The position numbers were made by a program, and so were the translations under genes. Positions 51,330-64,000 of a stretch of 64,000 nucleotides of DNA are shown here, piece by piece (position 1 is the stretch's first letter; each line of letters begins with the position of its first letter). The stretch covers positions 25,940,560-26,004,559 of the forward strand of contig NC_134027.1 of assembly GCF_964204645.1 (NCBI RefSeq). The letters are read 5' to 3'. The notes beneath the pieces were generated by a model, which saw only the letters and a program-made list of their open reading frames with translations, had not been told where the DNA came from and ran no database searches. This DNA is from Tubulanus polymorphus (taxonomy: Eukaryota > Animalia > Nemertea).

Positions 51330-51590
51330 CACAATATTAACGAAAAACAGTCTGAAAATGTTTCCTAGAGCTAGCAGTTTATCTAAGGTTTTGACTATAT
51401 TCTTAAAGTCATCTTCAGGAATACTGATGTTCAGTAGTTCGAGTGCCACTAGTCTCCTTGAGCTATAAACATTATTCAACTATATCCTAGTAGTCATCTT
51501 CAGGGATACTTAAATTACGGGAATACTGAAATTTCATTCCCGAATAGGACGAATAAACTACTAGCTCAAGGAAACATTTCTTGACTTGTT
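51330..51590 (+). mobile_element. Family I element with long inverted repeats
   Basis: aaatgtttcctagagctagcagtttat (51357) pairs with ataaactactagctcaaggaaacattt (51553); two diverged 69-bp-like units lie inside. Confidence 0.65.
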
Positions 51591-53996
51591 TCTCTTTCCT
51601 GGGATTTCATATCATTCTTAAATGGCCTTTCTTAATGTAACGTTCAAACTGTCTCAACAATACAAACCATAAAACAAACTACATTCCTCATACTAACCAT
51701 TGATGAAACACTTCAAGTTCGTCCGCAATAAGACACCAAATATTTCCTTGAGCTAATATCTACTATATATCCAAATCGCGCAATTGAAAAAGATGACTAT
51801 TAAAAGATGACTATTCAGATATAGCTGAATCGTTAACCTGAGCTAGTAGTTTATTCAACATTTAAAAGATGACTATTAGGATATAGTCTTATATCCTGAT
51901 ACATATTTTCAGTAAGATATATTCTAAGATATAGTCGAAATGTCGAATAAAACTGAAGGCTTCTTGCTTATCATGAGATTTTGTCTTATCCCTCATACTA
52001 CAAAGCATTCATGGGTTTTCTTACATCTATATATTTGACAACGATAAAAGCATTTATTTTGATACTAATCAACTAAAATCTAAGTCTAGCAAGAAACGTT
52101 TAGCGGCAAAACTAACTACAAAAAATAACTGAAATCAAGGTATAACTAATATTAAATACTTTATAACCGCTTCAAAACTAAGCTACCAGGGATAAACCAC
52201 ACTATAACAGGAAATAGCTAAACATGGAAAAGCGACATTGCTGAAAACTTCTGAGCGCTTACATTAAAATCTGTCGCTAGTTTTGGCAAAACTTTTGTGG
52301 AAGATCCACTGAGTGATAGGGCGAAAAACCTGCGGAATATAAATATATTACATTTATTTCATTTCGGCAAATCATAAACATAAATTCTTCCGTTTGTTTT
52401 TAAATATTCACGTGGTAAATATTAATTTGATCAACGGATAACGTTAAGAAATCCGATTCTAAAAATTGTTTTCGCATTAAAGTTATAAAAATAACGGGGC
52501 GTCGATGATGATCTACATTAGACTCTCGTCTCACTAATCAAGTTCGAACGCGATTGAAAAAACGTGGAGCCGTAAGAAAAAGTACGAAATCATCGACAAT
52601 TAAAAATAAAAATCAGGGCGATGTCGATTCGTATTCGCTACAGGGGGTAGTCGGCGCTTAACGAGTCCCGATGATGAAGAAATCATCGCGTTGAAAAACG
52701 AAGAAAAGAATTTAAGTTCATTAAGTACTGAAACACAACCTACAGAGAAAATAGAGCGAAGGATGAATTCAGACCGTGTGATACATAATTAAGTAATACT
52801 CCGAAAGACTGGGTGTCAGTTAGCCGTGAGAGGCATGCCTGGCGTGTATACCCCCTCAACGGATATTATTACTTGTATAAACATGATTAAAAACATCATC
52901 GCCGTCAGACAGCACCCGATGTAAGCTATTATTATAAAGGATTATGTTTTCTGATGAAGTATGCGCATCAAATGACCCGGGTGCAAGCTGCGCGAAAACC
53001 GCAGGGGGTAATAAGTACGCGAACTGGTTTTTTTTTCAGGTTTTTTTTTTTTCATTCTGTTTTGAAAATAAAGAATTATAGGTCTTTAGGTTGAACTGGT
53101 TATCGCTGAATTCGTGTCGTAATGAATCGATATAATCGTATAGACGATTGGAATACAAGGAAAGTTCTGCTAACTGTTGTTTTACCATTTTTTAATTCAT
53201 GCATCCTATTTTGCGAGCCGAAGTCTTACATGGAATTATGGAAATGAATTATTATCATTATCATGATAATTTCTATTACTATTATTAGGACGATGATTCT
53301 TGAAATCATAAAATGCAGGGCTCGCAACCTATAATCAAGTGCTATCAGTAACAATAACGTTTATTTCAGTTACATTTCATTGAAATAGAAGAGCTTCAAA
53401 TTAATCAGTAACCAACAGCAAGATCGTCAGTAACATCTTTCATATTTCGGTATGCATCAAACAAATCAAATCAGTATTCCTCATAATTCATAAAATAGTA
53501 ACAAATACTGAAAATCAAGAACAGTTGGAAACTCTGAAAATGTAGCAAAAAAATTCCACATCTCAAAAGCATCGCTACCACACATAGCTGTTAGATTATG
53601 TTAATTACGACGTGTATTAATTATGTAAATAGATGAGGAGAACCGCGCGCGCGCCGCCGTCTAATACCAACAGCGAAATATGAACCTGATTTCAGGAGAT
53701 CAGTTAATCACGATAAGTGGAAGAGGTTTTCCTTCGTTTGCCCTTCTTCACTGATTGAGCAACCTCCTCTACATAACGGATATCACATTGTTCATACTAT
53801 CCGCTATAGTTAGTCCGTTCTTATTTGGTCTGTACCTGGAACGAACCAATTTAGAACCGACTAAATCAGTGTAATTTAAAATCGGCTGTTATCACTGGTC
53901 CAGCTAGAAACAACACTGTGATTGACAAATGAAGCAAAGTTTCTATTCACGCGCAGAGAAATGGTCTGAATCTAATTTCAAAATCTAGACCAGCAG

Positions 53997-54134
53997 GGGC
54001 AAGTTCCATAGTCATGGCTCAGACTTAAGACCAGTCTTAGACCAACTTAGTTCTATAGCTAATCTAACAGCTTAAGATCAGTATTAAGATTTAAGACCAC
54101 TTTTTTACTTAAGTCACGACTGTGCAACTGGCCC
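53997..54134 (-). mobile_element. Family A MITE, 138 bp
   Basis: gggcaagttcca / tgcaactggccc, CAG on both sides. Confidence 0.93.
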
Positions 54135-54137
54135 CAG

Positions 54138-54275
54138 GGGCTGGTTCCTCAGTTGAGACTTGAGTACAAAAATGGTCTTAAATTTTAAGACTGGTCTTAA
54201 GTTGTTAGATTGGTTATAGAACTAAGATATTCTTTAATTGGTCTTAAGTCTCAGCCATGACTATGAAACCGGGCC
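54138..54275 (+). mobile_element. Family A MITE, 138 bp
   Basis: gggctggttcc / tgaaaccgggcc, CAG on both sides; left CAG shared with the previous copy. Confidence 0.92.
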
Positions 54276-55809
54276 CAGGGTCTTTGGGGTCAGTCTTAAA
54301 TATCATGTTCTAAAATATTCGAAATTTTTGCTCGTATGAATGCTTGGACAATTCTAAATAGCAATGGACTACATTTAGATACAATGGACAAAATAACGTA
54401 TCGTGAACCCGGCTTATACTTTGTTTAGAGACGGTATCATTCTCAGAGATCATAAGCGCATTACGTAAGTCAGGAATGAGCTGGAAAGTATCGGTTTGTT
54501 CAACGTAGAAGTTTCAGATTAAGAGGTCACCCGTAAAAGGCAGTATGATCGTTGTTAAGTTCATACGGTATAAAAAGGTTATCGGCTCCTCGTTAAGAGG
54601 TGGAATCTGGGTGCATTTATGAAACTGATCCGATCGTAGCTTCTCTTTATTTTTACTGTTCATTCTTTATTAAACACTGGCAGAATGTGAACAACGCCGT
54701 GAAACAATATCTCACAAATTAGAACTATCATCTCTATAAGCCCTTTATACCGATAGGTTACGGTACGAAAAGAGACACTCAAACGTGGAGAATAGATAGT
54801 AAGATTACAACCCATTATATACAAAATTTCAAAGATTTAAAACTGATTTCTTTTACCAAGAACCAAAGTGAAAATCTCAAGACAACTTTTCAAGCTCTCT
54901 CTCCCTGTCTATCTCTCTCCCTCCCTGTCCCTGTTACCTCTTGAATCTAAAGTATGTTGAATCTAAAGTATGTTTCAACCTTATCACCATGGCGCATTGA
55001 AGTCAGAAAATGTAACATATAGCTAAAATGTAATCAACATCTATCAACTTGTTGAATAAAAATCATATTTTTTTGGAAAATTTTTTCGATTTTACAGATT
55101 ATGGGAGCCCAAAATTTTTCTAGAAGCTTCATTTCTCTATTCTATTTCCGGGGAGAAATATATAGCAATAGAGCACGTACATACCAATTAATGACAACAT
55201 TTGTTCAACACATTTGAAATCGATAATTTGAGAAATTTCATCGTGATCGAGTGAACCTAATGTATGAACACTGGTTTACAATTGCACAAGACTCGAGTGC
55301 GTTTCAATCCATAGGAATCAGGGCCAGAAAAACAATTACTAGATTATAGGTCAAACTGGTACGGATCAGATTCAGAGGCAAATTTGGTCGCTACCCGTCA
55401 CGCAAATCAATCACTCATTAGTAGATACTCATTTCTAAAAATCATCCGTAGCTACCGAGGACTTAAACAATTCTGACTGTAGAACATAATTTCACTTGAC
55501 CCGATGTGAACATATGTGAAATTCATCATTGATTATAGAGTATTTCACAGCAGATATAAAAAGTAAGGGTCGCCGTAATTCACTAGATTATGGATGGTGT
55601 TTAACACCTGTCTGTTGTTATATATGATAATCAACTAGCGATAATGAGTATCATTGACATAGATATATCATAACAACGGCCTCTACCACACAGCGTTCTA
55701 TGAATATTAATTACATGGACGAAGATCGCTAGATTTCTAACTAATGATGATAGACTGCTGAGTCCGCGTTGTGAAAATGATTGTTAAATCGAGAAAGAAA
55801 TATCGAGTC

Positions 55810-55990
55810 TGAAATGTTTTCTTGAGCTGATATAGAGAGCTCACAACAATAACGAAAAACAGTCTGAAAAAATGTGTCCTAGAGCCAGTAGTTTATTAGA
55901 CATTTCGACTTTATTCTAGGAATCATCTTCAGGAATACTGTATTACTTGAGGTAGTTTATTCAACTCCTCGACCATATTCTAATAGCCCT
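55810..55990 (+). mobile_element. Family I element, left part
   Basis: taacgaaaaacagtctgaaaa..tgt.tcctagagc.ag.agtttat...tcatcttcaggaatactg matches 51338-51427. Confidence 0.7.
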
Positions 55991-56880
55991 ATTCTTTATA
56001 TATATTTTGAAATAGACTATAATGTCGAGAAACATTTCTGACTCTATTTTTCATTCTTACTATAAGGTAAGCAGCCTCCCTATTAATATATATTTTGAAA
56101 TAGACTATAATGTCAAGAAACATTTCTGACTCTATTTTTCATTCTTACTATAAGGTAAGCAGCCTCCCTATTCTTTATATATATTTTGAAATAGACTATA
56201 ATGTCAAGAAACATTTCTGACTCTATTTTTCATTCTTACTATAAGGTAAGCAGCCTCCCTATTCTTTATATATATTTTGAAATAGACTATAATGTCAAGA
56301 AACATTTCTGACTCTATTTTTCATTCTTACTACAAGGTAAGCAGCCTCCCTATTCTTTATATATATTTTGAAATAGACTATAATGTCAAGAAACATTTCT
56401 GACTCTATTTTTCATTCTTACTATAAGGTAAGCAGCCTCCCTATTCTTTATATATATTTTGAAATAGACTATAATGTCAAGAACCATTTCTGACTCTATT
56501 TTTCATTCTTACTATAAGGTAAGCAGCCTCCCTATTCTTTATATATATTTTGAAATAGACTATAATGTCAAGAACCATTTCTGACTCTATTTTTCATTCT
56601 TACTATAAGGTAAGCAGCCTCCCTATTCTTTATATATATTTTGAAATAGACTATAATGTCAAGAAACATTTCTGACTCTATTTTTCATTCTTACTATAAG
56701 GTTAGCAGCCTCCCTATTTTTTATATATATTTTGAAATAGACTATAATGTCAAGAACCATTTCTGACTCTATTTTTCATTCTTACTATAAGGTAAGCAGC
56801 CTCCCTATTCTTTATATATATTTTGAAATGAATGATAATGTCAAAGAAACATTTCTGACTATTTTTCTTATTCTTACAAT
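55985..56880. repeat. 91-bp minisatellite, about 10 units
   Basis: agcagcctccctattctttatatatattttgaaatagactataatgtcaagaaacatttctgactctatttttcattcttactataaggta at 91-bp period (for example 56431 and 56522). Confidence 0.97.
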
Positions 56881-57374
56881 CAGATTTTATCATATAACTA
56901 TTTCCTATAGAAGGTTGATATGTAAGTGCTGCTGCTGCTGCCCGAGGTGCTGCTGCTGCTCATACCCGGCGAATTCATATATCACGAAATTAGTATTTTA
57001 CTTATAGAAAATTCCAGCTACAAATTCGATGTGAAAGCCGTTCAGTCGAGCGTTAAATTAAAGTGCAGAGATAAAGCGATGAATTTATTTCCGATGTTAA
57101 AACGTTGAAGTCAGTGAATCGTTGACACTTCCTCCTATAGCCGGGCTGGTCGGGCGGGCGGTCGGGCGGGTGGGCGCGCACAGTTACCTGTATCCTGTAT
57201 TACTGATAACCAGTCTCATGCATGATTAAACCGCGATTAATAATTCTCAATACTTGTCGTCAATTTTCCGATATAGAAAATTCTTCGTAGTAAATGTCGT
57301 TTCAATTTGCGCGACGAGACGCGTGACAGAATAGAAATATAAAGGGGAATCCATGGTTTCATTACCAGTATCTG

Positions 57375-57718
57375 CAGCCTGGACCCTGCAACCCCCTCAG
57401 CCTGGACCCTACATCCCTTCAGCCTGGACTCTACATCCCCTCAGTCTAGACCCTGCACCCCCCTCAACCTGGACCCTACATCCCCCCCAGCCTGGACCCT
57501 ACATCCCACCTCAGGCTGGACCATGCACCCCTCAGCCTGGACCCTGCATCCCCCCTCACCCTGGACCCTTCATCCTACCTCAGCCTGGACCCTACATCCC
57601 ACCTCAGGCTGGACCCTGCACCCCTCAGCCTGGACCCTGCATCCCCCCTCACCCTGGACCCTTCATCCTACCTCAGCCTGGACCCTGCATCCTACCTCAT
57701 CCTATGGCCTAGACCCCT
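57375..57718. repeat. C-rich minisatellite (21-24-bp units)
   Basis: cagcctggaccct(g/a)catccc... about 15 units, with a 93-bp higher-order duplication. Confidence 0.95.
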
Positions 57719-58549
57719 ATTGAAACATTCAATATATCATCACCATTTTTTAATAATTCTGTCCACACTTCACATTGTTTTCAGAATTTCGCCCGAGACA
57801 TTTTCAACTGAAAATGAACTATTTCATCGGCGCACTTTCAAAAACTGATTGTCAAAAAAAGATCCTTTACTGTTGGTTTGGAATGGCTAGAAACAGTGTA
57901 GAGAATTCATCATCCTGGTCACATAGGTTTCATCACACAAAAATAACTAGCAGTTTCCCGCGGTGAGGAAGACAGCGTCGACCAATTAGCCGTGCCACTT
58001 CCAATCAGGTCGTAATAGGTCAAATTATTTCACCATCACAACCCGGTTTGAAATCAGCGACAGAACCTCGCGGTGCTGAAATTATAGATATAATTCTCGC
58101 AGCGACTTCGACGCTCAAAAACAAAATCATTAACGCCGCGGAAAGATGATTGTTTTTTCGTCGGTCTCCGAACTGTTTCAGCGCGACTCTACTTATTATC
58201 GTGGCTATTGCCATTGAAATTCATTCAACTTACCAACAAGCTTTTTACTTAACAAGGCTTTCAATAGCGCAAAAAAGTAATTGGAAGGAGGTCATTTTAT
58301 TATTCAGCTCCTAATCTTTCGAATTTCGAATGAACTACCTCGTAACGTAAAAGAGTCTCCATCTGATTCGTCTTTAAAAACCAGATTGCCGATTGATTTT
58401 AACTTGCAGTTTTGGTAATGCAGCTTTAGAATGAAAAGTGTCGTGGTTAAGATTTGATAACTGCGCTATATGAGAAAATATATTCCCATCATTTCTATTA
58501 ATCAGCATTGAATCAAAACTAAATTGAAAGTCAAATCTTACTGATATAC

Positions 58550-58610
58550 AGGACTCATTCCACAGTAGAAATCTGACTATAAACAGCGGAAATGAACTAA
58601 CTTTAACTCT
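58550..58610 (-). mobile_element. Family B fragment
   Basis: ggactcattccacagt and aaatgaactaactttaactct. Confidence 0.55.
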
Positions 58611-58611
58611 A

Positions 58612-58750
58612 TAGCTGGTTCCATAGTCAATGCTTAGATTTAAGACCAGTCTGAGACCATCTTAGTTCTTTAAAGCTATTTTAACAACTTAGACCAGACT
58701 TAAGGTTTAGGACCACTTTATGAGTGGAGTCATGATTGCGGAACTGAGCC
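58612..58750 (-). mobile_element. Family A MITE, diverged
   Basis: gctggttccatagtca...ttaagaccagtc...gcggaactgagcc. Confidence 0.82.
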
Positions 58751-58778
58751 CCCGTGTGTTTTAAATCTGCGAAATCTG

Positions 58779-58916
58779 GGGCCAGTTGCATAGTCATGGC
58801 TTAGATTTAAGACTTGTTTAAGACCAACTTCGTTCTATACTCAATCTAACAACTTAAGACCAGTCTTATGATTTAAGACCACTTTTGGACTTAAGTCAAG
58901 ATTGTGCAACTGGGCC
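58779..58916 (-). mobile_element. Family A MITE, 138 bp
   Basis: gggccagttgca / tgcaactgggcc with CTG TSD at 58776-58778 and 58917-58919. Confidence 0.94.
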
Positions 58917-59412
58917 CTGAAGCGTTAATGATCGGAATAAGATTCTATCTAATGAATGCTGAAACCTCCCTGATATTAATGTGTAATCAATATAGAGTAG
59001 GCTGGCTGATTACAGGCTGTTACAGCACTAATTAGTCAACATATCCTACATCAACATTCCAGTACAGCCCTCTCGCACTCACATATCTCCACCCACACTA
59101 GCAACAACCAGTCACACTCTCCCGCTCGCTCGGCAATAACTACTAAATATCAGACATTTTATTATCATCTGAAAAACAACAACAATAGAAATGTGATATA
59201 CGCCACCGTATTATCATAAAAACAATCACTATTTTATTAATAGTAAAACAACATCAGGGAAAAACAAGCTTAGATCAGAAAATACTGGGTCAGATTGTTA
59301 TGAGTACTTGATGCTTCGGTCTACTAGTTTACCCTGGATTTTTTTTTAAGTTCGAAGTTCGAAGTGTTGAGATTTACTGAAAATTATTGTCATCTTTTCT
59401 GATTGAAATGAA

Positions 59413-59585
59413 TCTCTCCCTCTCCCCTCTTCTCCTCTCCCTCCCCTCCGCTCCTCTCCCTCGCCTATCCTCTCTCTCTTCCTCTCCCGCTCCTCACCTC
59501 TCCCTTCTTCACTGTTCTCAGCTTTGTACAGTTAAAAATACACCTCTCCCTCTCTCCCTTTCTCCCTCGCCCTCTCTTACTGTTC
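59413..59585. repeat. CT-rich low-complexity tract
   Basis: Two pyrimidine blocks each ending in actgttct. Confidence 0.85.
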
Positions 59586-59792
59586 TGAGCACAGCACGGT
59601 TAAAAATGCCCGACGCATCCCTGATCAACTATAAATGCTGCAACGTCGTTATGCAAATTCAATTCATCCGAACTGTCGTAACTGAGATAATACATATTAT
59701 AAGAATATGACGGAAGGTTAGCGATGGTTAATGAACCAGCGACCGACCGCGCTATTGTACGCACAAATTATTACTGACTTTTTTCATCATGA

Positions 59793-60620
59793 GAAAACTT
59801 CATCTAATTCCAGCACATCGAGATACAGAAGACTCATCTACTCCAGCACACTGAGATATAGAAGACTTCACCTACTCCAGCGCACTGAGATATAGAAGAC
59901 TTCATCTACTCCAGCGCACTGAGATATAGAAGACTTCATCTACTCCAGCGCACTGAGATATAGAAGACTTCATCTACTCCAGCGCACTGAGATATAGAAG
60001 ACTTCATCTACTCCAGCGCACTGAGATATAGAAGACTTCATCTACTCCAGCGCACTGAGATATAGAAGACTTCATCTACTCCAGCGCACTGAAATATAGA
60101 AGACTTCATCTACTCCAGCGCACTGAGATATAGAAGACTTCATCTACTCCAGCGCACTGAGATATAGAAGACTTCATCTACTCCAGCGCACTGAGATAAA
60201 GAAGACTTCATCTACTTCAGCGCACTGAGATATAGAAGACTTCATCTACTCCAGCGCACTGAGATATAGAAGACTTCATCTACTCCAGCGCACTGAGATA
60301 TAGAAGACTTCATCTACTCCAGCGCACTGAGATATAGAAGACTTCATCTACTCCAGCGCACTGAGATATAGAAGACTTCATCTACTCCAGCGCACTGAGA
60401 TATAGAAGACTTCATCTACTCCAGCGCACTGAGATATAGAAGACTTCATCTACTCCAGCACACTGAGATATAGAAGACTTCATCTACTCCAGCGCACTGT
60501 GATATAGAAGACTTCATCTACTCCAGCGCACTGAGATATAGAAGACTTCATCTACTCCAGCGCATTGAGAAGACTTCATCTCCAACACACTGTGATAAAG
60601 AATTCATCAACTCCAGCGCA
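59793..60620. repeat. 34-bp minisatellite, about 24 units
   Basis: gaagacttcatctactccagcgcactgagatata head-to-tail with no spacers; edges degenerate. Confidence 0.98.
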
Positions 60621-61562
60621 AAGCACACATGTATAAGTTTGCATGATAAGGGGGCTGGAAATGGAAGTACAGATATAGTTGTGTGATCGGCGGTGAAATT
60701 TACAGAATCTCTTATTTGAATCAAAGTATTTAACTTTGGAAATATCGGTTACCAACGGTCTTAGACTGGTCTCAAATGTTAGACCCTTGTTAGACCCAGA
60801 ACCTTGTTGAATCACTTGATTTTTTTCTAGGGGGGGCAATGTATCTCGGACTTCGTATTATTGCGATATTGCAGTCGATTGAGTGGTTATTAGTCGCTGT
60901 ATTAGAGTACAAGTATTTTTAACAAGATTAACCGAGGCAACCCCCCGGGGATGAGTCAGTCTTATGCAAATTGACAATTCGCCCGACGAAATGAACATCA
61001 AATATGTATATACGACTGTTATGAATATCAATTAAGGCATTACTACGGCCAAGAGATTTTTACTGTAAGAAGAATATAAATTCAGCTCTCAATCTAATGA
61101 GACAGAGAGAGAGTGAGAGAGAGGGGGAGAGAGGAGAGAGAGAGATGAAGTCGTCTCGCGATCAGCGACGTAAATACTTTCTACAAACATTAATATTAAT
61201 TCAATGATGAAATACTCGACACATATTAAAACCCCCTCAAGGGAAACCAATGCAGCGAATGAATCTGATTTCTACAGTTACGCGATTACAGACCATTTCA
61301 TATCTCATAAATCGTGTTATACGCAAAATTATATTTTTCATAATTTATCATTTCAGAGATGATATTGAATTTTTCCAATTATCTCTACTAATTAGAATAA
61401 TAACAATTATTACTATAATTATCTTATAATTTCCATTGTGTACTTTTCACTGTGGCACGGTGCTGATGCTTTCATTAAACTGGTATTATTACCTGAGCCG
61501 ATAACTCTTCAGTCATCTCTCCCTTGGGAGAAATAACTTTCAAACGACTGCTAAGCGATCAG

Positions 61563-61841
61563 GGGCCGGTTCCATAGACTGGGCTTAGACTTAAGACCGG
61601 TCTAAGATAAACTTAGTTATATAGCCAATCTAACAACTCAAGACCAGTCTAAGATCATGTTAGTTCTATAGCCAATCTAACAACTTGAGACCAGTCTAAG
61701 ATCATGTTAGTTCTATAGCCAATCTAACAACTGAAGACCAGTCTAAGATAAACTTAGTTATATAGCCAATCTAACAACTTAAGACCAGTCTTAAGGTTTA
61801 AGACCACTTTTGGTCCTAAGTCTTGACTAGGAAACCGGCCC
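61563..61841 (-). mobile_element. Family A MITE with 4 internal units (279 bp)
   Basis: gggccggtt / aaccggccc TIR, CAG TSD at 61560-61562 and 61842-61844; length equals 138 + 3 x 47. Confidence 0.95.
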
Positions 61842-62400
61842 CAGGAGTCATCTTTCAACCTAGGTTCCCATTTAGTCCATCATTTTCGAAATCACATATT
61901 CAAGTATTTCCATTCTATATGTGTGTTGACAGATCATTACGAGAACCTGATGACAATCAATCGCGCCGTATTTTTTTTAAACGTTAAGGTTAGGTTTGGG
62001 TCAACCTGTCAGTATCAGCCGATTCGCTCTGTCAGACCAATTATTACAGGGTCTACTCGTAATTTCCACTGCAGCCACTGCAGCGAACTCTCATCACACG
62101 CATTAATTATCACAAACACCTCATTACTAAGACTTCAGTCTTCAACTCTCTCTCTCTCTGTCGTGACGTTTTCCGACGAAAAAAAGAAAAACGTTGCGCG
62201 TTCTAAAAACAATCCGTCTTCAATCGTACATGTATGGCTTTATTCCTCTCTGATGCGGACGTTTGTTTACTCCATCCACGCAATCATCATCAAGAAATAA
62301 ATATTATCTCAACAATTTGTTTGCCTTCCAAAAGAAGTAACTATGAGAATCGGTTAAAATTTGATAAGCAAGAGAGTGCAAATTGTTTCCATTTTAAGTG

Positions 62401-62822
62401 GAGAGAGAAATTATGGAAGAGGGGGAGGGGGAAATGGTGAGAAATAGAGAGGGAGAGAGGGGGTAAGGAAGAAAGGGGAAATTTGGGAAGAGGGAAAGGA
62501 GAGGGAAAAAGGGAGATAAAGAGGAAAAGATAGAGGGTAGAGAAAGAGGGGAGGGAAGTGAGAGCAGAGGGAAGAAAGAAGGGGAGAGGGAGTGATAGAG
62601 GGCAGAGAAAGAGGGAAGGGGAGTGAGAGGAGAGGGGAGAAAGAAGGAGAGGGAGTGAGGGCAGAGAAAGAGGGGAGGGGAGTGAGAGGAGAGGGGAGGA
62701 GGAAGAGGAGAGTGAGGGGAAAATGGAGAGAAAGAATGGGAGAGTGATGGGGAGAGAGGCAGAGGGAGTGAAAGAGGGGAAAGAAGGGGAGATGGAGTGA
62801 TAGAGGGAAGAGGGGGAGAGAA
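62401..62822. repeat. Purine-rich low-complexity tract
   Basis: Almost all A/G, with a repeated gagggcagagaaagaggg block. Confidence 0.92.
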
Positions 62823-63927
62823 AAAGATCTCTGGAAGAAAATGAAAATTTCGCCGAGCTCATTCGCTGTTCATGCTGCATCTGAGAGACTGCGACTGCGA
62901 ACGAACGCAGAAGACGAAGAATTAGACAAATGAAATTAATCAGCAAAGTAAAAGGTTTTCTTGCTACGAACATCAGACCTAATTTGACAGTCTGCCATTA
63001 CTGGTTGGCTGCGTCGATGAGTTGTGGCTGTTTACCAATTACGGATAAGAAAGCGCGTCTGGTAAGACCAGCGCGTGTGCTTCAGTGGCTTATCGCGACC
63101 TGACGGAATATCAGCGACGGCCGGATGGACGACCATTTTAATGAGCGTCGAGTGCGAGATTTTCACAACTCGAGAAATTCGCGGAAAGAACTCTCTCTCT
63201 CTCTCTCTTCTCGCCGTGTCGTTTCTCGAGTCCGCGATGACTCATGGTCGAATTGAATTAGACAAACCACTCGTGCTAAAGTCGAGTTTACAACCACGGG
63301 GGCTGACGACAGAAACGAGCGGCGAAATATCCACTTTTTTACGCGCGGTCGGTCGATAGAAACACCGAAAAACACGATATGTCGTCGGAGGGATTTTTAC
63401 GACGATCAAAGCGACCGTTCGTCGTTTCCGACCGTAAAAAATCGAATTCGAATAACAACATTTTACTTCAAAACTGTTCTCCATTTTTCTTATTGTTATC
63501 GAATTTGCGAGTTTTCATGTCTGGAAACTAAAACGAGGGGCAAAAATCTGACGCGAACCTTTGAACTACATGATTAATAGTGTTCCGGTCTCTCTCTCAC
63601 CGATTCTCCGGTCGATATAAAAATGATTTTTAAGATTTGATTCCGATGTAATATACGCATCGCGACTCGATGATGTAGCCCGAAGTGTAACCGGACTCAT
63701 TTAAAGTTCTCTTGCATCCATCGTCCTCCTTGACGCAATGTTTAAGTCAATTGGTCTTTCATGTCGAGTATATTGAATGATCTAAAAACTTCCACGTGTA
63801 ACAACAGACGATCTATCCTCGCATGCCGGCGAAATTAACAGTCTCGACCCGCAGGCTAAATCTGAGGGTCAACTTTTTTTTACTGCGAATTAATTCGAAA
63901 CTGAGATATTTTTCTATTTCTTCGCAG

Positions 63928-64000
63928 GTTAGTTGCGCAGTCGTGACTCAACTCCAAAAGTGGCCGTAAATCTTAAGACTGGACTTAAGTCGTTAGAATG
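63928..64000 (+). mobile_element. Family A MITE cut by the window end
   Basis: After cag: agttgcgcagtcgtgactcaactccaaaagtgg..taaatcttaagactgg matches 22822-22885. Confidence 0.85.

Larger units (their letters stand above)
53785..54413 (+). mobile_element. Family G MITE hosting two family A MITEs
   Basis: Left tgttcatact, right gtgaacccggc followed by tta; G interior motifs on both sides of the insertion. Confidence 0.7.

Noticed and set aside
59793-60620. Possible CRISPR array (34-bp period)
   Set aside because: Units are head-to-tail with no unique spacers, there are no cas genes and the context is eukaryotic.
62341-62973. 210-aa ORF with a hydrophobic N-terminus
   Set aside because: Most of its length is the complement of a GA-rich tract; no recognisable domain.
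63905-63927. Strong-looking splice acceptor (tttttctatttcttcgcag)
   Set aside because: The cag is directly followed by a family A MITE and is explained as its target triplet; no exon support.

Overview
AT-rich eukaryotic genomic DNA, probably from an invertebrate animal (inference from the repeat types and motifs), with no convincing protein-coding exon, transposase or reverse-transcriptase remnant. The long ORFs in the track all fall in tandem or low-complexity repeats. The window alternates between short non-autonomous transposons, minisatellites and CpG-rich, TAAT-rich unique segments that look like an intergenic or large-intron regulatory landscape. Repeat families were identified by eye and given working names: A and B (PIF/Harbinger-type MITEs sharing a GGGCCAGTT(G/C)CA TIR and CWG target duplications), D and G (TWA-type MITEs), C and H (CAG-terminal, hAT-like), E (Helentron/HINE-like), F (unclassified) and I (inverted-repeat element). 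The main pattern is a set of MITE-to-minisatellite transitions: family A copies carry 1, 2, 4, 7 and at least 13 internal 47-bp units, and families I and possibly B also seed arrays. Two MITE families also form inverted dimers that share one target triplet. A single degenerate tRNA-like sequence is present. Coordinates of degraded copies are approximate.
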